This document shows positions 55,891 through 64,000 of a stretch of DNA of 64,000 nucleotides, piece after piece; positions within the stretch are counted from its first letter, which is position 1, and each line of letters opens with the position of its first letter. A program made the position numbers and the translations under genes. Source of the stretch: the human T2T-CHM13v2.0 reference genome, Homo sapiens; assembly GCF_009914755.1 (NCBI RefSeq), contig NC_060939.1. One strand, given 5' to 3'. Below the pieces are notes generated by a model. It searched no databases. It had not been told where the DNA came from and saw nothing but the letters and a program-made list of their open reading frames with translations.

Positions 55891-58800
55891 CGATTCCAAT
55901 CCATTCCAGTCCATTCCACCCCACTCCACTCCATTCCGCTCCACTCCAATCAACTCCATTCCACTCCACTCCAATAAACTCCACTCCACTTCATTCCGTT
56001 CCATTCCATTCCATTCCATTCCATTCCATTCCACTGCTGTCCGATCCACTCCACCCAACTCCACTCTACTCCAACCATTCCATTCCATTCCTTTCCATTC
56101 TATTCCGTTCTGCTCCGTTCCATTCCATTCTGCACCATTCCATTCCACTCCACTCCACTCAACTTGACTCTACTCCATTCCATTCCACTCCATTCCATTC
56201 CATTCCACTCCATTCCATTCCATTACATTCCACTCCACTCCATTCCACTCCATTCCACTGCATTCCAATCCACTTCATTCCACCTCAATCCATTCCTTTC
56301 CACTCCACTCCATTCCATTCCTATCCATTACATTCCACTCCATTCCATTCCATTCCACTCCACTCCACTCGACTCCACTCCATTCCACTCCACTCCACTC
56401 CATTCCACTGCATTCCATCCATTCCATTCCATTCCATTCCACTCCACTCCATTCCACTGCATTCCATTCCATTCCACTCCATTCCACTCCATTATACAGC
56501 AATCCATTCCACTCCACTCCACTCCATGCCCCTCCCTTCCATTCCACTGTATTCCACTCCATTGCATTCCATTCCATTCCACTCTACTCCACTCCACTCC
56601 ATTCCACTCCACTCCACTCCATTCCACTGCATTCCATTCCATTCCACTCCATTCCCTTCCATTCCATTCCACTCCATTATACAGCAATCCATTCCACTCC
56701 ACTCCATTCCACTCCACTCCACTCTATGCCCCTCCCTTCCATTCCACTGCACTCCACTCCATTCCATTCTATTCCATTCTGTTCCATTCCTTTACTTTGA
56801 CTGAGTCTCACTCTGTCACCCAGACAAGAATGCAGTGGCACAATCATAGTTCACATTTCATTTCACCGTTGCAGTCGACTCCATTCCAGTTCATTCCACT
56901 CCACTCCACTCAACTCTACTGCACTCCACTCAACTCCATTCTGTACCGTTCCATTCCTTTCCTTTCCATTGCATTGCATTCCTTTCCATTCCATTCCATT
57001 CCACTCCACTCCATTACACTCTGTACCCCAACATTCCACTCCAGTCCTCTCCACTCCACTCTACTACACTCCATTCCACTTCACTACATTAAACTCCACT
57101 CCACTACACTCCATTCCATTCCATTCCACTGTACTGCGACACACTCCACTCAACCTCAATGCATTAAACTCCACTACACTCTGTTCCATTCCATTTCGTT
57201 CAATTCTGTTCCATTCCTTACAACTCCATTCCACTCAACTCCACTCCACTCCACTCCATTTCACTCCAATCCACTCCATTCCACTCCACTCCACTAAACT
57301 CCATTCCATTCCACTCCATTTCAGTTCTTTCCATTCCACTCCATTCCACTCCACTCCATTCCACTCCACTCCATTCCACTCCATTCCATTCCATTCCTCT
57401 CCATTCCACTCCATTCCACTCCACTCCATTCCACTCCACTCCATTCCACTCCTTTCGACTCCACTCCACTCCATTGAACTCCATTCCATTCCACTCCATT
57501 TCAGTCCATTCCACTCCACTGCATTGCACTCCACTCCATTCCATTCTTCTCCATTCCATTCCGTTCCACTCCACTCCATTCCACTCCACTCTACTCCAAT
57601 CCACTCCATTCCTCTCCACTCCACTAAACTCCACTCCTCTCGACTCCATACCATTCCTTTACATTCCTACATTCCACTGCAGTCCGATCCACTCCAATCA
57701 AATCCACTCCACTCTATTCCACTCCATTCCATTCCGTTCCATTCCGTTCTCTTCCATTCCGTTCTACTCCACTCCATTCCATTCCACTCCACTCCAATCC
57801 AGTCTACTCCTCTCCTTTCCACTCCATTCCATTCCACATCACTCCATTCCGTTCCATTCCTTTATTTCGACTGGATCTCACTCTGCCACCCATACTGGAG
57901 TGCAGTTGCACAATCTTAGCTCACGTTTCATTTCGCCATTCCATTTCATTCCATTCCATTCCTTTCCATTCCACTCCGTTCGACTCCACTCCACTCCACT
58001 GAACTCCAATCCGCTGCACTCCATTCCATTCCACTCCACTCCACTGCACTCCACTCCATTCCATTCCACTCCACGCCACTGCTTTCCATTACATTACATT
58101 GCATTCCATTTCATTCCTCTCCATTCCAATCTATTTCACTCCACTCCAATCCACTCCATTCCACTTCATTCCATTCCATTCCATTCCCTTCCATTCCACA
58201 CCATTCCATTTCACTCCAATCCACTCCACTCCACTCCACTCCACTCCATTCCGTTAAATTGCATTCCACTCCACTTCATTCCATTCGATTCCATTCTATT
58301 CCATTCCATTCCACTCCATGGCATTCCTGTACACTCCATACCACTCCACTCCACTCCACACTACTCCACTCCATTTCATTCCTCTCTACTCCACTCCATT
58401 CCATTCCATTCCACTCCACTCCATTCCATTCCACTCCACTAAAGTCCACCCCACTCCATTTCAATCCATTCCACTTCTGTCCACTCCATTTCACTGCATT
58501 TCATTCCACTCCACTCCATTCCATTCCACTCCATTCCATTCCTTTCAATGCCACTCCATTCCTCTCCATTCCACTCCACTCCTTCCACTCCTTTCCATTC
58601 CACTACACTCCATTCTACTCCTTTCCATTCCATTCCTCTCCCTTCCATACCATTCCATTCCACTCCATTTCACTCCACTCCATTCCACTCCATTCTATTC
58701 CACTCGATTACACTCTATTCCACTGTATTCCTCTCCATTCCATTCCACTTTTCTCCATTCCATTAAATTCTACTCCATTGCATTCCATTCCTTTATTTCG

Positions 58801-61800
58801 ACTGGATCTCACTCTGTGACCCAGACTGGAGTGCAGTGGCAGAATTTTAGCCCACATTTCATTTCACCATTCCATTCCATTGTATTCCATTCCATTCCAT
58901 TACACTCCAATCCACTCCACTCCACTCAATTTCATTCCTTTCGACTCCACTCCATTCCACTACACACCACTTCACTCCACTCCATTCCATTCCATTCTAC
59001 TCCATTCCATTCAATTCCTTTTTTTCAACTGAATCTCACCCTGTCACCCAGACTGGATTGCAGTGGCACAATCTTAGCTCACATTTCATTTCACCATTCC
59101 ATTCCATTCCATTCCATTCCATTCAACTCCATTCCATTCCATTCCCTTCCATTCCACTGCACTCCACTCCATTCCATTCCTCTCCACTCCACTCCATTCC
59201 ACTCAATTACTTTCCATTCCTTTCCATTCCATTCCATTCCATTCCATTCCATTCCATTTCTTTCCACTCCTCTCCATTCCACTCCACTCCCCTCCATTAA
59301 GCTCCATTCCATTTCATTCTACTGCATTCCACTCCATTCTGCTCCATTGCACTCCATTCCACTGCATTCCACTCCACTCTGTTCCACTCCACTCCATTCC
59401 ACTCTACTCCACTCCATTCCACTTCATTCCAATCCACTCCACTCCATTCCATTCCATTCTTTTGCATTCCATTCCATTCCTTTATTTCGACTGGATCTCA
59501 CTATGTCAGCTAGACTACAGTGAAGTGGCACAATCTTTGGTCGCATTTCATTTCACCATTCCATTCCATTCCATTCCATTCCATTCCGTTCCATTCCATT
59601 CAATACCATTCCATTGCATTCCATTCCATTCCACTCCACTCAACTCCATTCCATTCCATTCCTTTCCATTGCACTGCGAACAACTCCATCAACTCCACCC
59701 CACTACACTCCACACCACTCCTTTCTGTTCCGTTCCATTCCATTCTGTTCCCTTCCATTGTTTTCCGTTCAATTCCATTCCATTCCACTCCACTCTACTT
59801 CACTCCACTCCACTCCATTCCATTCCATTCCAGTTCATTCCAATCCACTTCACTCCGATCCATTCCACTCAACTCCACTCTTCTCCACTGCACTCTTCTC
59901 CGTTCCATTTTGTTCCTTTCATTTCTGTTCCATTCCACTCCATTCCGTTCCACTCTACTCCATTACCCACCACTCCATTTCACTCCATTCTATTCCTTTC
60001 CATTATACTCCACTCTACTCCACTCCATGCCACTCTATTCCATTCCACTCCACTCTATTCCATTCCATTCTATTTCACTCCATTCCATGCCATTCGACTC
60101 CACTGCATTCCCCTCCACTCCATTCCACTCCACTAAACTCCATTCCACTCCATTCCATTCCATTCCACTTGTTTCCATTCCATTCCTTTCCACTCTATTC
60201 CAATCCATTCCACTTTACTCCATTCCACTCCACTCCAATCCACTCCACTACATTCAATTCCACTCCATTCCATTCCAGTCTACTCCATTTCTTTCGACTT
60301 TACTCCATTCCATTCCAGTTCTTTATTTCGACTGGATCTCACTCTGTCACCCAGACTGGAGTGCAGTAGCATAATCTTAGCTCACATTTCATTTCACCAA
60401 TCCATTGCATTCCTTTCCATTCCATTCCATTCCATTCCATTCCATTCCTCTCCACTCCGTTTCACTCCACTCCACTCCACTGCACTGTAATCCACTTGAC
60501 TCCACTATATTCCAATCCACTCCACTCCACTCTACTCAATTCCATTGTACTCCACTCCACTCCATTCCATTCCATTCCATTCCACTCCACTTCATTCGAT
60601 TGTACTACACTCCAATCCATTCCATTGTACTACACTCCACTCCACTCCACTCCACTCCTTTCCAGTGTACTACACTCCACTCCACTCCAGTCCACTCCAA
60701 TCCAATCCACTTCTTTAAATTTCATTCCACTCCACTCCATTCCATTTCATTCCATTCCATTCCAGTCCACTGCACTCCGATCCACTCCACTCAACTCCAC
60801 TCCACTCCACTCCACTCCTTTCCGTTCCATTGCATTCCATTCCATTATATTCCATTCCATTCCATTCCACTGCACTCCATTTCGTTCCTCTCCATTCCAC
60901 TCCACTCCCCTCCATTCCATTCCATTCCATTCCACTGCATTCCGATCAATTCCACTCCACTACACTCCCCTCCATTCCATTCCATTCCACTCTATTCTAT
61001 TCCACTGCACTCCACTCCATTCCACTCCACTCCATTCCATTCCACTCCACTCCACTCAATTCCACTCCAATCCACTCCATTCCATTCCACTCCATTCCAT
61101 TCCATTCCACTCCACTCCATTCCAATCCATTCTGGCTGATTCCACTCCAATCCATTCCTTTTGATTTCACTCCATTCCATTCCCTTCCACTCCACTCCAT
61201 TCCTGTCCCCTCGACTCTACTCCCCTCCATTCCCCTCCACTACACTCCAATCCAATCCATTCCATTCCATTCCATTCCATTCCACTCCATTCTATTCCAT
61301 TCCAATCCATTCCCCTGCACTCCATTCCACCTCACTCAAATCTACTCCACTCCACTCCATTCCCTTCCATTCCATTCCATTGTGTTCCATTCCATTCCAT
61401 TCCATTCCACTCCATTCCTCTCCACTCCATTCCATTCCACTCCATTCTACTTCATTCCCTCCACTCCACTCCATTCCAATGCACTCCACTCCACTCCATT
61501 CCATTCCATTGCATTGCATTCCACTGTACTCCAATCCACTCCACTCTACTCCACTACACTCCACTCAACTCCACTCCATTCCATTCTGTTCCATTACGTT
61601 CTGTACCGTTCCGTTCCATTCCACTCTATTCCATTCCACTCCACTCCATTCCACTCCACTCCATTTCACTCCATACCACTCCACTGAACTCCACTCCACT
61701 CCTCTCCACTCTACTCCATTCCTTTCCACTCAATTGCATTCCATTCCATTCCACTCCATTTCGTTCCATTCCGTTCCACTCCATTCCACTCCATTCCACT

Positions 61801-64000
61801 ACACCCCATTCCAATACACTCCATTCCACTCCACTCCACTCCATTATACTATATTCCTCTTCATTCCATTCTATTTCATTCCATTCCTCTCTATTCCATT
61901 TCATTCCATTCCAATCCATTCCACTCCACTCCATTCCGCTACACTGCATTCCACTCCACTCCATACTACTGCATTCCACTCCACTCCACTCTATTCCATT
62001 TCATTCCCTTCCTTTCCATTCCATTCCACTGCACTCCAATCCACTCCATTCATCTCCTCTCCATTCCACTCCATTCCCTTCCATTCCATTCTATTTCATT
62101 CCATTCAATTCCATTCCTTTCCATTCCACTCCATTCCACTCCACTCAATTCCTTTCCACTGCATTCTTCTACATTCCTCTCCACTCCATTCTCCTCCATT
62201 CCATTCCACTCCACTCCTCTCCACTCCATTCCATTCCATTCCTTTCCACTGCACTCTGGTCCACCCCACTCAAATCCACTCCCCTCCACTCCGCTCCATT
62301 CTGTTCCTTTTCATTCTGTATCGTTCCGTTCCATTCCACTTCATTCCGTTACACTCCACTCCATTCCATTCCACTCCATTTCACTCCATTCCACTCCATT
62401 CCTCTACACTCCACTCCTCTCCACTCCACTCCATTCCTTTCCACTGATTTGCGTTCCATTCCATTCCACTCCATTCTATTCCATTCCATTCCACTCCATT
62501 CCATTCCATTCCATTCCACTCCATTCCACTCCATTCCACTCCACTCCATTCCATTAGACTCCATTCCTCTTCATTCCATTCCATTCCATTCCATTCATCT
62601 CTATTCCATTGCTTTCCATTCCACTCAGTTCCACTTTACTCCATTCCACTACCCTCCATTCCACTCCACTCCACTCCGTTCCACTCCATTCCATTCCACT
62701 CCACTTCATTCCTTTCCACTTTACTCCATTCCTTTCTATTCCTTTATTTTGATTGTGTGTCACTCTGTCACCGAGACTGTAGTGCAGTGGCACAATCTTA
62801 GCTCACATTACATTTCACCATTCCATTGCATTCCATTTCATTCCTTTCCAGTCCACTCCACTCCCCTCCATTCCACTCCATTCCACTCCACTCCATTCCA
62901 TGCCATTTCATTCCATTCCATTCGACTCCACTCCAATCCACTCCAGTCAACTTCACTCCTTTCCACTCCACTTCATTCCGTTCCCTTCCATTCCATTCTG
63001 TTCCATTCCATTCCATTCTGTTCCTTTCCATTCCATTCCACTCTACTCCATTCCATTCCCCTCCGTTCCACTGCAGTGCACTGCCCTCCACTCCACTCCA
63101 CTCCATTCCCTTCCATTCTACTGCATTCCATCCGATTACTTTATTTCAATTGGATCTCACTCTGTCACCCAGACTGGAGTGCAGTGGCACAATCTTAGCT
63201 CACAATGCATTTCACCATTCCATTCCCTTCCATTCAACTCCATTCCATTCCATTCCACTCCACTGCACTCCTCTCTACTTCACTCTCCTGCATTCCCTTC
63301 CATCCTGCTCCACTCCACTCCATTCCATTCCATTCCATTCCATTCCATTTCTCTCCATTCCACTGCACTCAGATCGACTCGACTCAACTGCACTGCATTC
63401 CAGTCCATTCCTTTCCATTCCTTTCCATTCCATTGCCTTCCTTTGTGTTCCATTCCATTCCTTTCCATCCCAAACCATTCCAATCCACTCCTTTCCATTA
63501 AATTCCTCTCCACTCCACTAAACTCCACTCCATTCCATTCCATTCCAATACACTCCTATCCACCCCTCTCAACTCCACACCACTCAACTCTACTCCACTC
63601 CATTCCACTCCATTCCATTCCGCTGCACTCCAATTCACTCCACTGCACTCCACTTTCTTCCATTCCATTCCAATCCATTCCATTACACTCCACTCCTTTC
63701 CATTCCACTCCACTCCATCCCATTCCTTTCCATTCCTTTCCATTCCATTGCATTCCATTCCACTCCACTCCACTCCATTCCATTCCATTGCATTCCATTC
63801 CATTCCATTCTATTCCATTCCACTGCACTCCGATCCACTCCAGTCAACTCCACTCCACTGTACTCCATTCTGTTCCGTTCTCTTGCATTCCATTCCTTTC
63901 AATTCCATTCCATTTCATTCTATTCCATTCCATTCCACTCCAATCCATGCCATTCCACTCCATGTCACTCCACTCCACTCCAATCCACTCCACTCCACTC

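Larger units (their letters stand above)
26811..63203 (-). mobile_element. ~34 amplified ~60-bp Alu 3'-end fragments, distal variant, embedded in satellite
   Basis: Consensus TTTATTTCGACTGGATCTCACTCTGTCACCCAGACTGGAGTGCAGTGGCACAATCTTAGCTCAC. Starts at about 26811, 27700, 28863, 29904, 30855, 31352, 32209, 32831, 33814, 34567, 35300, 36607, 37443, 38852, 39712, 40099, 41160, 42952, 46676, 48406, 49028, 50263, 52838, 53787, 54447, 55451, 56791, 57861, 58792, 59020, 59481, 60322, 62743 and 63140. Confidence 0.9.
18672..64000 (+). repeat. Divergent Satellite III-type (HSat3) array, (CATTC/CACTC)n, C-rich strand on +, runs off the window end
   Basis: Continuous 5-bp periodicity dominated by CATTC and CACTC in similar amounts. 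The + strand is nearly G-free, orientation is constant, and the HSat2-type CATTCGATTC/GATGAT units are not enriched. Confidence 0.93.

Noticed and set aside
18804-63203. CRISPR-like layout of a constant ~60-bp repeat with variable spacers
   Set aside because: The repeat is an Alu fragment and the spacers are pentamer satellite of 0.1-3.6 kb. The DNA is primate and there are no cas genes.
18804-63203. Active or Pol III-transcribed Alu elements / 7SL-like ncRNA genes
   Set aside because: Only the last ~60 nt of the right arm is present, without the left-arm A/B box promoter and with a vestigial tail.
18791-63868. Long + strand ORFs (up to 792 aa, HSIPF/HSTPL repeats) and - strand MEWNG/VEWSG ORFs
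   Set aside because: These are translations of a 5-bp repeat. The G-poor strand rarely forms stops, all three frames give the same peptide, and there is no coding signal.
18672-64000. HSat2 (HSATII) assignment
   Set aside because: It lacks the recurrent CATTCGATTC/GATGAT units. The CATTC+CACTC composition fits HSat3.
1-64000. Specific chromosome or species assignment
   Set aside because: There is no unique sequence, so alignment to T2T assemblies is required.

Overview
Primate (most likely human or great-ape) pericentromeric heterochromatin with no credible genes. 1-~18671 is about 109 divergent, CENP-B-box-free alpha-satellite monomers (171 bp), reverse to the conventional consensus. They form three sequence layers: monomeric with relic duplications to ~13680, a clean ~341-bp dimer ~13680-16700, and a different monomeric type to 18671. 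The alphoid array joins, through a short microhomology and with no spacer, a divergent Satellite III-type (CATTC/CACTC)n array that fills the rest of the window. The most unusual structure is that this array is composite: about 51 copies of one ~60-bp antisense Alu 3'-end fragment, all truncated at the same point and in the same orientation. The fragments fall into two sequence variants in two domains: 17 Alu-like copies about every 380 bp next to the junction, and 34 derived copies about every 1.1 kb distally. They expose nested duplications and incipient higher-order repeats. All listed ORFs are repeat artefacts, and I found no protein-coding or RNA-gene system. Counts and coordinates were read by eye and may be off by a few bases or copies.
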